Part shown: piece by piece, positions 29,555 to 38,734 of the stretch
Layout of the letters: each line of letters opens with the position of its first letter
Numbering within the stretch: position 1 is the stretch's first letter
Assembly (NCBI GenBank): GCA_009992175.1
Contig: JAACWA010000011.1
Coordinates: 1-42,119 of the forward strand
Source of the DNA: an archaeon
GTDB lineage: Archaea; Nanobdellota; Nanobdellia; Pacearchaeales; GW2011-AR1
Reading direction: 5' to 3'
Length of the DNA: 42,119 nt
Made by a program: the position numbers and the translations under genes
The notes under the pieces: model-generated
Told to the model about the DNA's origin: nothing
What the model saw: only the letters and a program-made list of their open reading frames with translations
The model's database searches: none

Positions 29555-29824
29555 TCACTCTTCCTTTTTATTAAAATAAAAAAAATTTCCTTGGTTTTTA
29601 ATTTTAAAATCTCCCATTGATTTTTCATCAAATTTAGGATTTTTTTCAAAAAAGTTTTCAAGTCTTCTTCTAGTAACAAAAATTCCTGAAATATTCTTCT
29701 TCTTTTCAGCGTTAATTTTAGAAAGATAAAGAACAAAATTTTTATGATGTTGACCTAACTTCAAACTTCTTCCAAAATAATACCATCCTAAATTTGAAGA
29801 TTCCCCATAATTATTTGATTCCAT
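29555..29824 (-). CDS. Hypothetical protein
   Basis: 89-aa ORF starting 2 nt after the radA stop. Confidence 0.55.
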   Translation of the reverse strand: MESNNYGESSNLGWYYFGRSLKLGQHHKNFVLYLSKINAEKKKNISGIFVTRRRLENFFEKNPKFDEKSMGDFKIKNQGNFFYFNKKEE

Positions 29825-29826
29825 CT

Positions 29827-30858
29827 TTATAATTTATCTTTAATTCCTTGGTTTGTCACAAAATAAACCGCTTCACCATCTGGTAAGTTTGGACTATCAA
29901 TTAATTTTGCAACACGACTTCCTTGTTTTGCTCGACGTAAATAAAGACGAAAAGTTGAAGCATGACCTACAATATTTCCTCCAATTGGAGAAGTTGGATC
30001 TCCAAAAAGTTGAGCAGGATTAGCCATCACTTGATTTGTAACATAAACTGCTAAGTTATAAGTTTCAGCAATTTTCATTAATTCATGCATATACCTATTA
30101 AGTTTTTGTTGTCTATCTGCTAATTGCCCTCTTCCTGCAAACTCTGCTCTAAAATGAGCAGTAAGTGAATCAATAACAATTAATCTGATTGGTTCCCCTG
30201 CTTTTATCATTTCCCCAATTTTTTCTAAAAGAAGAATTTGATGGTCTGAATTAAATGCTCTCGCAACTAAAATATTTTTTAAAACCATTTCAGGGTTAGC
30301 CCCAATTCCATCCGAAATTTGATTTATTCTTTCTGGTCTAAAAGTTCCTTCAGTATCAATATAAACCGATTTTCCTCCTGCTCCCCCTTGTTCAATTGGA
30401 AGTTGTGCATTTACCGCTAAGGAAAGCCCTAACTGAGTTTTACCCGAACCATAAGCCCCAAAAGCTTCTGTTATTGCCTTACTTTCAATCCCTCTTCCAC
30501 CCAGAAGTTCATCTAAACTTTTACTTCCGGTAGTAATATGTAAAACGTTAGATCTTTTTTTTGCAAATTCCATTCCATCACTAAAACCTAATTCCAAAAT
30601 ATTTCGAGCAGCTTGAATTGCCTTTCTTGCAACTGCACCACTAACTCCTGCAGCATCAGAAAGTGAAGCTGGACTCATTACTGCCAACCCCATCATGTCA
30701 TATACTCCTGCATTTTCCAATTTTGAAAGAGCAGCAGGTCCAATTCCAGGTAAATCAGTTAATTCTAAGGATTTTTCTTCTTTTTTAGATTTAGATTTTT
30801 TCTTTTCATCGTCAGAAATTGCGTCTTTAATCTCCTCAATTTCTTTTTTTGTAGCCAT
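29827..30858 (-). CDS. radA: DNA repair and recombination protein RadA
   Basis: N-terminal HhH (LPGIGPA), Walker A GAYGSGKTQ, YIDTEGTFRPER, RGQLADRQQKL and GGNIVGH motifs. Confidence 0.97.
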   Translation of the reverse strand: MATKKEIEEIKDAISDDEKKKSKSKKEEKSLELTDLPGIGPAALSKLENAGVYDMMGLAVMSPASLSDAAGVSGAVARKAIQAARNILELGFSDGMEFAKKRSNVLHITTGSKSLDELLGGRGIESKAITEAFGAYGSGKTQLGLSLAVNAQLPIEQGGAGGKSVYIDTEGTFRPERINQISDGIGANPEMVLKNILVARAFNSDHQILLLEKIGEMIKAGEPIRLIVIDSLTAHFRAEFAGRGQLADRQQKLNRYMHELMKIAETYNLAVYVTNQVMANPAQLFGDPTSPIGGNIVGHASTFRLYLRRAKQGSRVAKLIDSPNLPDGEAVYFVTNQGIKDKL

Positions 30859-30898
30859 AAAAAATTAAAAGACCCTTCGTTTATAAAGTTTATAACAA

Positions 30899-31360
30899 TT
30901 AAAGATATACTTCAAAGATTAATTTAAAAATTAAAAACAAATCAAAAATTCCAAAGAATAAAAATAAAAAACTTTCAATTTTTCCTCCTGTTTTTAAAAA
31001 TCCATGAATTCTAAATTTAAATGGATAAAACAACCTCAATCCTTGTTTGGTAACTAAATCTCCCAATAGGTGAGTTCCATAACCAACTAAAAAGCCCAAG
31101 GAAATACTTGGAAAATAAAAATAGAATAAAAAATAAAAAACTCCCAAAAAGAGTAAACTATGCATAACCCCTCTATGTTTTGTAAAAGCAGTCAAAACAC
31201 GAGAAAAAAACCTCTTTCCAAATTTTGAAGTATAAGAATCCAAATCAGGAAGAAAAGTAGAAATTAAAACAGCAATTAAAAAAATTATTGGATTTGAAAC
31301 ACTTTGAATTAAAAGAAGACCAACAAATAAAGAGAAAACTAAGTGTGTTCTTGATAACAT
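30899..31360 (-). CDS. Membrane-bound metal-dependent hydrolase (YdjM/DUF457-like)
   Basis: RTH, LPDLD, HRGVMHS and HLLGD..T..G..LFYPF motifs. Confidence 0.9.
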   Translation of the reverse strand: MLSRTHLVFSLFVGLLLIQSVSNPIIFLIAVLISTFLPDLDSYTSKFGKRFFSRVLTAFTKHRGVMHSLLFLGVFYFLFYFYFPSISLGFLVGYGTHLLGDLVTKQGLRLFYPFKFRIHGFLKTGGKIESFLFLFFGIFDLFLIFKLIFEVYL

Positions 31361-31361
31361 C

Positions 31362-32285
31362 CTAAATATCTAATTCATCAATAAGTCTTTCAACATTAAT
31401 TTCGTCTACTGAATCAACAATTAATTCTGGATTATTAAAATATGAATTGAGCCTTACATTTCCTCCAAATACAAATTCTTTCCCTAAAAGATTATTTTTT
31501 TGTTCTTTCATTTTTTGTTCATCTTCGTATTCAGTTAAACCTGTTTTTTGAACCATCTCATGAAAAAGGACTGCACGTGTGTTTTCAGTTCCATCATCAA
31601 TTACTACGTTTAGAATTGCACGTTTCTCTGTTGGAACTCCTGAAGAAACTTCTTCCTCCGTCGCTTTTCTACCTGTATCGATATTTGCATTAAAAAATCT
31701 TAAATCAAAAGCTTGAACAACAAAGGCACGAGTATTAACTTTATCCCCCACATTAAATTCTTGAATATCTTTCTTTTTTATTGGTTTTTCAGTTTTTACT
31801 TCTGGAAATTTTTCTTCACTTAATTTTAATTCGGCAAAACTTCCCATATGAACTTCTCCCTGCCTCATATTTCCTGAAGAAACCTCAATAGAAACTCCTT
31901 CTTTAATTGTCCCATCTTCAATCATTTTAATGTGGTTTGTATCCCAAAGAACAAGTTTTATGTTGGAGGTTTCATCCGCAACAATCATATTAACAACTTT
32001 TCCCTCTTCCCCTGACTTAGTAGTGAAAGTTCTTATGGGATAAACAGTTATAACCTTCCCAGAAAAATGCACTTTTCTCATTCCTGGAAGAAGTTCATCA
32101 ATTTTTAATTTTTCATTGTCAAAAGAAATACCTAACTCGGCAGCAATAACCTGAAGAGCTCCTTCACGACTAATCAAACCAGATAATTTAGACCTTTTAG
32201 CTTCAACCCTCCTATCAATTTCTCCCTCTTCTATCCCAGAAACCTTAGATAATTTAGATAAAATTTTTTCATAACTTCCTTCCAT
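31362..32285 (-). CDS. Replication protein A / OB-fold ssDNA-binding protein
   Basis: GLISREGA..IAAELG N-terminus and two OB folds (VADETSNIKLVLWD; IDDGTEN.RAVLF). Confidence 0.85.
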   Translation of the reverse strand: MEGSYEKILSKLSKVSGIEEGEIDRRVEAKRSKLSGLISREGALQVIAAELGISFDNEKLKIDELLPGMRKVHFSGKVITVYPIRTFTTKSGEEGKVVNMIVADETSNIKLVLWDTNHIKMIEDGTIKEGVSIEVSSGNMRQGEVHMGSFAELKLSEEKFPEVKTEKPIKKKDIQEFNVGDKVNTRAFVVQAFDLRFFNANIDTGRKATEEEVSSGVPTEKRAILNVVIDDGTENTRAVLFHEMVQKTGLTEYEDEQKMKEQKNNLLGKEFVFGGNVRLNSYFNNPELIVDSVDEINVERLIDELDI

Positions 32286-32439
32286 TATATTTTTCTCCCA
32301 ACAAAAATTAAATTTCTATTAATCATCTCTTAAAAAAATCAACATTCTTTTTAAGCATTTTGTAAATTTCAAAGTAACAATTCAAAAAAGATTTACCAAA
32401 ACCCTAAACGTTTATAAACTCTTGAAATTTTTAAAAAAA

Positions 32440-32712
32440 ATGACTGGAATAAACGGAGCAAAATATAAACTAATGCCTACCTCTCCAGAAGTGAGTCTAG
32501 AAAATATTTCTGAAAAAGCAAAAAAAATTGTTGAGGAATTTGGTGGAAACAATAAAGAATATTCCATTGAACCAATTGCATTTGGATTAAAATCAGTAAT
32601 TGTTTTCTTCTTTTATCCTGATGACAAGAGTACAGAAGAATTAATTGCCAAATTTGAGGGTATTGAAGATGTATCTTCAGCTGAACTTATTGATATGAGA
32701 AAGATTGCCTAA
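32440..32712 (+). CDS. ef1b: Elongation factor 1-beta
   Basis: KLMPTSPEV and EPIAFGLKS motifs; ATG 32440 lies 21 nt after TTTATAAA. Confidence 0.92.
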   Translation: MTGINGAKYKLMPTSPEVSLENISEKAKKIVEEFGGNNKEYSIEPIAFGLKSVIVFFFYPDDKSTEELIAKFEGIEDVSSAELIDMRKIA

Positions 32713-32744
32713 ATATTTATTAATAAAAATTTCTTAAAAAAAGT

Positions 32745-33014
32745 ATGAAATTAACTCTTAAAGATAAAATTGAATTAATCAATCTTTCAGAAAAGGCTTC
32801 GGATCTCTTAATAAAAGTTTTAGAAGAAAAAATTCCAAAAAAAGAAACTCCAACAAAAAATGATGTTGAATTTCAAAGAACTTTAACTTATATAAATAAA
32901 ATTTCTCCCCTTTTGTCAGAGGGATACACTAAAATGTACAATTATATTCAAGAAAAAAAATTAAATGAAAATAGCACTTATCTAAAAAAATTAACAAAAA
33001 ATGACACAAACTAA
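32745..33014 (+). CDS. Hypothetical protein
   Basis: 89-aa ORF with ATG and an upstream TATA-like element. Confidence 0.55.
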   Translation: MKLTLKDKIELINLSEKASDLLIKVLEEKIPKKETPTKNDVEFQRTLTYINKISPLLSEGYTKMYNYIQEKKLNENSTYLKKLTKNDTN

Positions 33015-33660
33015 AAAAGATTTGGAAAACATTAAAGAAAAGCTAATTGAACACATAAATTCCAATTATGAAAAATCGCAAGCAGAAGAATTTATAAAAA
33101 ATATAAAAGGGATGAATGATGAAGAATTTACTAAATTTTTAAAAGAACAAGGGTTAATTGGGGGGGAAAATCAAAAATCTCAATGTATCTTTTGCTCGAT
33201 TATTTTTGGAGATATTCCTTCCACTAAAATTGGAGAAAATGAAAAAGCGATTGCAATTTTAGATATAAAACCAGCTTCATTAGGACATTCTTTAATAATT
33301 CCTAAAGAACATATTGAATCAAAAGAAAAGTTACCTGGAGAAGTAGGTAAATTGGCAATCACAATTCAGGAAAAACTAAAGAAAACTTTTAATCCTAAAA
33401 AAATAGACTTAATTTCAACAAATGTTATGGGCCATGAAGTTTTGAACGTTCTCCCTATTTATGAAGAGGAATCTCTTGAATCGGATAGAAAAAACTTAAC
33501 CCCCGAAGAATTAAAAAAAGTAAAAGAAAAAATAGAAAAAGAAACTAAAAAAGAAGAACCCAAAGTTAAAGAAAAAGATAATAACAAAGAAGATTCGGAA
33601 GAAAAAACAAAAGAAGAAATTAATGAAAAAAATACTTGGCTCCCAAAAAGGATTCCTTAA
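33001..33660 (+). CDS. HIT-family protein with degenerate histidine triad
   Basis: CIFCSI..G.IPS.KI.E...A.LDI.P...GHSLIIPKEH present; the triad region reads VMGHEVLNVLP. Confidence 0.82.
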   Translation: MTQTKKDLENIKEKLIEHINSNYEKSQAEEFIKNIKGMNDEEFTKFLKEQGLIGGENQKSQCIFCSIIFGDIPSTKIGENEKAIAILDIKPASLGHSLIIPKEHIESKEKLPGEVGKLAITIQEKLKKTFNPKKIDLISTNVMGHEVLNVLPIYEEESLESDRKNLTPEELKKVKEKIEKETKKEEPKVKEKDNNKEDSEEKTKEEINEKNTWLPKRIP

Positions 33661-34511
33661 AACCCAATACTTCTAAAAAACAAATCAAAAAAAGTTGTCT
33701 CTAAAAAAATCCAAAGAAGAATAAAACTAATAAGAAAAACTGGAGCAAACTGAATTCCATAACGAATCAATACCTTTTTTCCTCTTTTCTTTAAACGATT
33801 AATTTCTTCTTCACTAAGTCCATCCCAATTTGCTCTAAAAGTTTTACCTTTAACTTTAATGTCTTCGCTTAACCAATCTCCTGGAGTCAATTTAGAGGGA
33901 ATAACTTCACGCACCATACAAAAATCATCAACAGATTTTAAGAATAAATAAAAATAAGGAAAAACAAAAATAAGAATTCCAAAATAAAAGAGATAATTGA
34001 TATAAAAACTTAACAAGATAAAAACAAAAGCAAAGAAGGTACCCCAAATTATCAATTTTTTATTTTTATTAAATAAAACTAAAAATCCTTTTTTAAATTT
34101 TTTAAAATTAATAACTCCAATTATTAAACTTAAAAATATTCCATATATTGCTCCCACAAAAAGATAAATCAAAATAAACAATAAAAATAATTTCAAATTC
34201 TGAGCAAAACTAGAAAAAATAGGAAGAACAGCTCCTAAAGAAATCATAAGTTTCATATCTCCTCCAGCAAACATTTTATTATAATAAAATAAATTTCCCA
34301 ACACTAAAAAAATTGAAAAACCTAAAATTCCTTGATAAAAAAGTGAAAAATCAGTTGAAACAAAAAGAGAGTAAAAAAACCTAAATCCAAAAGCAAAAGC
34401 AATTAAACTAAAATTAAGCCAATTTGGAATCTCTCTAGATTTGAGGTCTGAAATTACTGCAAAGATTAACCACACAAAGGCCAACCCATATAAAAAAATT
34501 ACCTCAATCAT
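33657..34511 (-). CDS. Prepilin/prearchaellin peptidase (A24, PibD/FlaK-like)
   Basis: SDLKSREIPNW and AGGDMKL aspartates, GDW..EDI insert and C-terminal FAPVFL. Confidence 0.9.
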   Translation of the reverse strand: MIEVIFLYGLAFVWLIFAVISDLKSREIPNWLNFSLIAFAFGFRFFYSLFVSTDFSLFYQGILGFSIFLVLGNLFYYNKMFAGGDMKLMISLGAVLPIFSSFAQNLKLFLLFILIYLFVGAIYGIFLSLIIGVINFKKFKKGFLVLFNKNKKLIIWGTFFAFVFILLSFYINYLFYFGILIFVFPYFYLFLKSVDDFCMVREVIPSKLTPGDWLSEDIKVKGKTFRANWDGLSEEEINRLKKRGKKVLIRYGIQFAPVFLISFILLWIFLETTFFDLFFRSIGF

Positions 34512-34542
34512 CAAGATAAATAGGATTTAGAGTTTATAAAAA

Positions 34543-34692
34543 TTAATTTTTCTTCTTTTTCTTTTTGTCAGCCGATTCTTTCATCTTGATATTTCCAAGC
34601 CTAAACTTTCCCCCTGTTTTGTAGGGATGCTTCTTCTTCTCTCTGAGCTTATCTTTCTTCTTATTTCTTCTTTCTTCACTATCTCTTGCCAT
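34543..34692 (-). CDS. 49-aa highly basic protein (not in ORF track)
   Basis: MARDSEERRNKKKDKLREKKKHPYKTGGKFRLGNIKMKESADKKKKKKN; TTTAAA element about 21 nt upstream. Confidence 0.6.
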   Translation of the reverse strand: MARDSEERRNKKKDKLREKKKHPYKTGGKFRLGNIKMKESADKKKKKKN

Positions 34693-34752
34693 AAATATCT
34701 AAAGAAGAATAAGTTTAAAACAATTACTAATTATTAAAAAACAAATAAAAGA

Positions 34753-35196
34753 CTAATTAATAAAACACTTGTCTTCTTTTGCTAAAGAACTAACATCATA
34801 CTTTCCTGTGCTTACACTGTTAACTCCTTTCTTTCCATCAATTACAATGTCTTCACATTTTAAATCACAAGAGATTGAGGCACATGAAGGAATTTTATAT
34901 TTTGCAAAAGTTTTTTCGCTTGAAAAAACTGCACAACTAGATTTAATCTTTAAATTATCTTCATTTGATTTCAAAGTTCTCTCACCAGAACAATAACCAT
35001 ATTGATTGTTTAAAGTACATGCAACATTACAATCGTCAATAACCGAATCTACATTTGAGGGATTAAAATATTTCTGAAAAGCACTCCATCCTGTGGCAAA
35101 ACCCCAAACAAGAGCAACAAGAACAATTAAACCTAAAATTAAAAGAATTATGGTATTTGTACTCATCCCTTGTCCTTTTTTATTTTGAATTGTCAT
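34753..35196 (-). CDS. Pilin-like protein (class III signal peptide), Cys-rich
   Basis: NKKG/QGMSTNTIILLILGLIVLVAL; 8 Cys in the globular part. Confidence 0.8.
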   Translation of the reverse strand: MTIQNKKGQGMSTNTIILLILGLIVLVALVWGFATGWSAFQKYFNPSNVDSVIDDCNVACTLNNQYGYCSGERTLKSNEDNLKIKSSCAVFSSEKTFAKYKIPSCASISCDLKCEDIVIDGKKGVNSVSTGKYDVSSLAKEDKCFIN

Positions 35197-35238
35197 CTCT
35201 CTTCAAGTAAATAGAGTAAAAAATATTTATAAAACTTC

Positions 35239-35598
35239 CTATGAGGGGACCTGGTACTGAACTGAAAACAAAAGAACCTTTTTACCTCCAAAAAATAAGA
35301 CTCCCCCCTTGGTCTCAAACTTTTCTTCATAAAAATAATTTCTCCCGTACTCCTCTGTAATATTAAAAAAAGTTTTTAATTTGTCCTCCTTCATTCCATT
35401 ATTTTTATAAAAAGAATATTCATCCGCATTTGAATTAACCTTTTGTAAGATACTTATTCCTACAAAAGAATTACCTGCCCTAAAATCTGAAATAAAAAAG
35501 GTGAGAAGGGCAAATCCACAAAGAGCAAAAATTCCAATAACTAAAAGAGTTACTGGAAGGTCTCCTTTCTTATTAAAAGTTTTAATTTTTTTAATCAT
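35239..35598 (-). CDS. Pilin-like protein
   Basis: NKKG/DLPVTLLVIGIFAL. Confidence 0.75.
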   Translation of the reverse strand: MIKKIKTFNKKGDLPVTLLVIGIFALCGFALLTFFISDFRAGNSFVGISILQKVNSNADEYSFYKNNGMKEDKLKTFFNITEEYGRNYFYEEKFETKGGVLFFGGKKVLLFSVQYQVPS

Positions 35599-35930
35599 TT
35601 TTTACTATATCTCAAAGCAACCTCCGCTTTTGTTTGATTATAATCTAAATTAAATTTATCTTCACTTGCCATTTTAGAAAGAGTTTTTTCCATAATCAGT
35701 CTTTTTGTTTCAGAACCAATTGAAACATAAGTGAAAAGAGATTTTTTCAAAAAAGGGTCTCCTCCCTCAAATGAAGATTTTCCAGTAATTCCTGGACGGA
35801 AATTTCCTATCTTTTTTGTTCCCCCCAAAAGAGAAGCTCCAAAAATAAAAAAAACCATCATAATTACAATTAAAATAGTTGCAACTAACCAAGTTAGAGT
35901 CTCACCTATTTGTGCTTTTTTAGTTTTCAT
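35595..35930 (-). CDS. Pilin-like protein
   Basis: MKTKKA/QIGETLTWLVATILIVIMM; ATG 35930 preferred. Confidence 0.78.
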   Translation of the reverse strand: MKTKKAQIGETLTWLVATILIVIMMVFFIFGASLLGGTKKIGNFRPGITGKSSFEGGDPFLKKSLFTYVSIGSETKRLIMEKTLSKMASEDKFNLDYNQTKAEVALRYSKK

Positions 35931-35931
35931 T

Positions 35932-36606
35932 TTAATTTGTGTTTTCTTCAACTTTCCCCACAATTGAAAGAACCTTAATCAAATAAACTGAATCTGAATT
36001 TAATTTCGCAAAAAATTCCTGATTAAAACAAGTTGCAAGTTTACTTTTTCCTGAAACGGAAACATCACAATCAGATTTCCAATTTTTATTCCCTTCTGAA
36101 ATTAAAAGAGAAGATTTTCTTAAATCTTCCTCTAAAAAAAATTCAACTTCGAAGTAATAAGGGGGCCTTTTAAATTCTTCATTAATTGTTAAATTTAAAG
36201 AACATTTTTCTAAAAAATTATCTTTAAAGTCTTCTCTGAATCCTCCTTGGTTATTTAATAAAAGAGGATTAAATTCCCCCCCAAAATAAATACAATCTGC
36301 AACTTTTTGACCTAAAATTTCGGATTCTTGCTTTCTTACATCATAATTTTTTCCATAAAAAGAATTTACCATTAACACTACTCCTACTGCAACAATAACA
36401 AGAATTGCAAACCAGTAAATAGAAAGAAGTTTATCTCCCTTTTTATTTATGCCCTTGGGAGTATTTATGCCCTTGGGGGTATTTATGCCCTTGGGAGTAT
36501 TTATGCCCTTTAGGGTATTTATGCCCTTGGGAGTATTTATGCCCTTTAGGGTATTTATGCCCTTGGGAGTATTTATGCCCTTTAGGGTATTTATTTTTTT
36601 TATCAT
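35932..36606 (-). CDS. Pilin-like protein with repeat-expanded leader
   Basis: (INT[P/L]KG)x8 then INKKG/DKLLSIYWFAILVIVAVGVV. Confidence 0.8.
   Translation of the reverse strand: MIKKINTLKGINTPKGINTLKGINTPKGINTLKGINTPKGINTPKGINTPKGINKKGDKLLSIYWFAILVIVAVGVVLMVNSFYGKNYDVRKQESEILGQKVADCIYFGGEFNPLLLNNQGGFREDFKDNFLEKCSLNLTINEEFKRPPYYFEVEFFLEEDLRKSSLLISEGNKNWKSDCDVSVSGKSKLATCFNQEFFAKLNSDSVYLIKVLSIVGKVEENTN
36445..36594. repeat. Tandem repeat, 8 x 18 bp plus 6 bp
   Basis: Unit ATTTATGCCCTT(GGGA/GGGG/TAGG)GT; two variants alternate. Confidence 0.97.
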
Positions 36607-37016
36607 TTTATTTTTGAAAAAGTTAAGATATAAAATCCTTCACGGCCAGGATCAGTATCCTTGTACGCGGTCACATTTATATCATTAAAGAAGTGATACT
36701 TTGTTCCTCCTTTTTCGCTTAATTTAATTGTAACATCATTTCCTTCAATTTTTAAAATATCTGAAAAATCAATTCCATTTTTATCTGAAACTTCTTTTAA
36801 ATCTTGAAGATTCACATACATTTTCATTGTGGGTCTTGCTGAATCAATCAAAAGAGCTATATTCTTAGAATATGCATCTTCAAGTAAAACTGCTCCACTT
36901 CCTTGTTTAATAAGAAATAAAACAAGAATCATTAAAAAAAGAATATTTAGAACAATAAAGATTATATTCTCCACCAAAAACTCTCCTCTTTTATTTTTAC
37001 CTTTGAATGAGTTCAT
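36603..37016 (-). CDS. Pilin-like protein
   Basis: NKRG/EFLVENIIFIVLNILFLMIL, with Glu at +5. Confidence 0.78.
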   Translation of the reverse strand: MNSFKGKNKRGEFLVENIIFIVLNILFLMILVLFLIKQGSGAVLLEDAYSKNIALLIDSARPTMKMYVNLQDLKEVSDKNGIDFSDILKIEGNDVTIKLSEKGGTKYHFFNDINVTAYKDTDPGREGFYILTFSKIK

Positions 37017-37051
37017 AACTTAGAGAAGAAAAAAGGAATTAATAAAGTTTT

Positions 37052-37960
37052 TTAACTTGAAGTTAAAATTTGATCACAATTTAAAGCCTTAAATTCAGGA
37101 GAATTTACTTCAACAATCCAGGAAGGAACATATTCATTTCCACTTTGTCCTCTTACAACCGCAGCAACCAAAACTCCTCCAGTAAGCCCGGTAACAACTC
37201 CTCCAGCAACTGCAACCTTTGCTCCAGTTAGTAATGCTGCTGCACCAAATCCACTCGCTCCTCCTGTTAAAGGAGTCAAAGCAAGACCTCCTGCAACGAG
37301 ACCTGCACCCGCTCCAATTCTCCAAATCCATCCCCAAGTACTAACATCACTAGTAATTCCCATCAAAGAATAATATTGTTTATCCAAATTTATTTTTCCA
37401 TAATCTCCAGAATAAGAACTAAGAAAGTTTCTTAAATTTAAATAATCTAGATAAGTCTGGCCATCAGCTCTTTTTGTTTTATCAAGATAATTATAAAGTT
37501 CCTTTTTATCAAATTCTCCAGTTCCATTAAAAATTTCTTTTTTAACCGAATCATCAAAAGCTATCATGTCACAAATTGAACATTGCAAATCAGGAATTAC
37601 TTCCGAACCCACATAATTTACCTTACCCTCACCAAACATCCACCAACATTCTGCTAATTGGTCCGCAAGAGCTTGATAAATTTCATCCTTTGTCTCAACT
37701 TTAATGACATCTGGTTTAGTCATTACTTCACAACTTCCATCCACACTTAAACAAAGATACTCTCTTTTACATTGTAATGGAAAAGTGTCAGTGGGTAAAA
37801 TTGATTTTCCCCGGGTTATAACAGAATTGTGACATATATCTTGTTCAGTTTCTTTTCCTAAATTCAACCTAAAAATAAAAAATAAAATAACTGCAAAACT
37901 TACAACTAAAATTATTAAAATAACAATTTGTTGTGTTGTAAGTTCTCCTTTTTTAAACAT
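37052..37960 (-). CDS. Pilin-like protein with C-terminal Gly/Ala-rich hydrophobic segment
   Basis: MFKKG/ELTTQQIVILIILVV, Cys-rich middle (LAECWWMFGEG, CSICD) and a Gly-zipper tail. Confidence 0.82.
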   Translation of the reverse strand: MFKKGELTTQQIVILIILVVSFAVILFFIFRLNLGKETEQDICHNSVITRGKSILPTDTFPLQCKREYLCLSVDGSCEVMTKPDVIKVETKDEIYQALADQLAECWWMFGEGKVNYVGSEVIPDLQCSICDMIAFDDSVKKEIFNGTGEFDKKELYNYLDKTKRADGQTYLDYLNLRNFLSSYSGDYGKINLDKQYYSLMGITSDVSTWGWIWRIGAGAGLVAGGLALTPLTGGASGFGAAALLTGAKVAVAGGVVTGLTGGVLVAAVVRGQSGNEYVPSWIVEVNSPEFKALNCDQILTSS

Positions 37961-38062
37961 CTAAATTACCCCCAGATTTCTAAACAAAGTATAAAGTCCT
38001 ATTAAAGCTATCGAAAAAAATACAATCCAGATAAGATATTTTATGAATTCATCTAAATTCAT
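37961..38062 (-). CDS. 33-aa single-TM microprotein (not in ORF track)
   Basis: MNLDEFIKYLIWIVFFSIALIGLYTLFRNLGVI; ATGA overlap upstream and abuts the next start. Confidence 0.7.
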   Translation of the reverse strand: MNLDEFIKYLIWIVFFSIALIGLYTLFRNLGVI

Positions 38063-38565
38063 TTTTTCTTAACCTCAATTTTATCTTCAGATTTGGAAAT
38101 TTCAACATTTGTTCCCCCATTAGATGGTTTTTCTATTTCGAAAGTAGTAAATTTGTTTAAATTTTCTACTATCAAGCAAACTCCTGAATTGTCACACTCA
38201 CTAATTTGTCTGTCTTTAAACCATAAAGCATTGTCAAAACTAACTTCATCACAAATACATAAACAATTTTCTCCTGCACAAGAATTAGGTTTGGTTTCTC
38301 CCCCTACAAAACTAAAAATGCTCCATGAAGAAGGAGTAATGTCTGTTAATTTTTCACTAGAAATATCTCCTGAATTAACCCTTTGAAGAATCTCTTTCAT
38401 TCTTCCAATCGTTGACTTTGCCTCATTTAATTTTTGATCCTGAGAACTTGAATAATAGATAGAAAATAAAAGATAAATTAAAAGAGAAATTCCAATTAAA
38501 GCAATAACTAATTTTACTACTTCTGTTGCGAGAAACATCCCTTTTTTATTCTTTTTTTTATCCAT
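38059..38565 (-). CDS. Pilin-like protein, Cys-rich
   Basis: NKKG/MFLATEVVKLVIALIG and C.GENCLCIC motif. Confidence 0.8.
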   Translation of the reverse strand: MDKKKNKKGMFLATEVVKLVIALIGISLLIYLLFSIYYSSSQDQKLNEAKSTIGRMKEILQRVNSGDISSEKLTDITPSSWSIFSFVGGETKPNSCAGENCLCICDEVSFDNALWFKDRQISECDNSGVCLIVENLNKFTTFEIEKPSNGGTNVEISKSEDKIEVKKK

Positions 38566-38728
38566 AAAAAATTCTCCAAAAGTTTCCTAAGCTAGCGTTC
38601 GTTGGAAGAAGATTAAAAAATTCCAAAATTCTATCTTTAAAAATAAAATAAACTCCTAAAACTACAGCGACAACTACAAGAGCTCCAACAATTAATTTAA
38701 TTATTTGTTCTACCGTTAATTCCGACAT
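38558..38728 (-). CDS. 56-aa pilin-like microprotein without basic leader (not in ORF track)
   Basis: MSELTVEQIIKLIVGALVVVAVVLGVYFIFKDRILEFFNLLP...; GGAGG Shine-Dalgarno upstream. Confidence 0.7.
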   Translation of the reverse strand: MSELTVEQIIKLIVGALVVVAVVLGVYFIFKDRILEFFNLLPTNASLGNFWRIFYG

Positions 38729-38734
38729 TTTATT

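Noticed and set aside
36445-36594. Possible CRISPR array
   Set aside because: Units are contiguous with no unique spacers, are in-frame coding, and no cas genes are nearby
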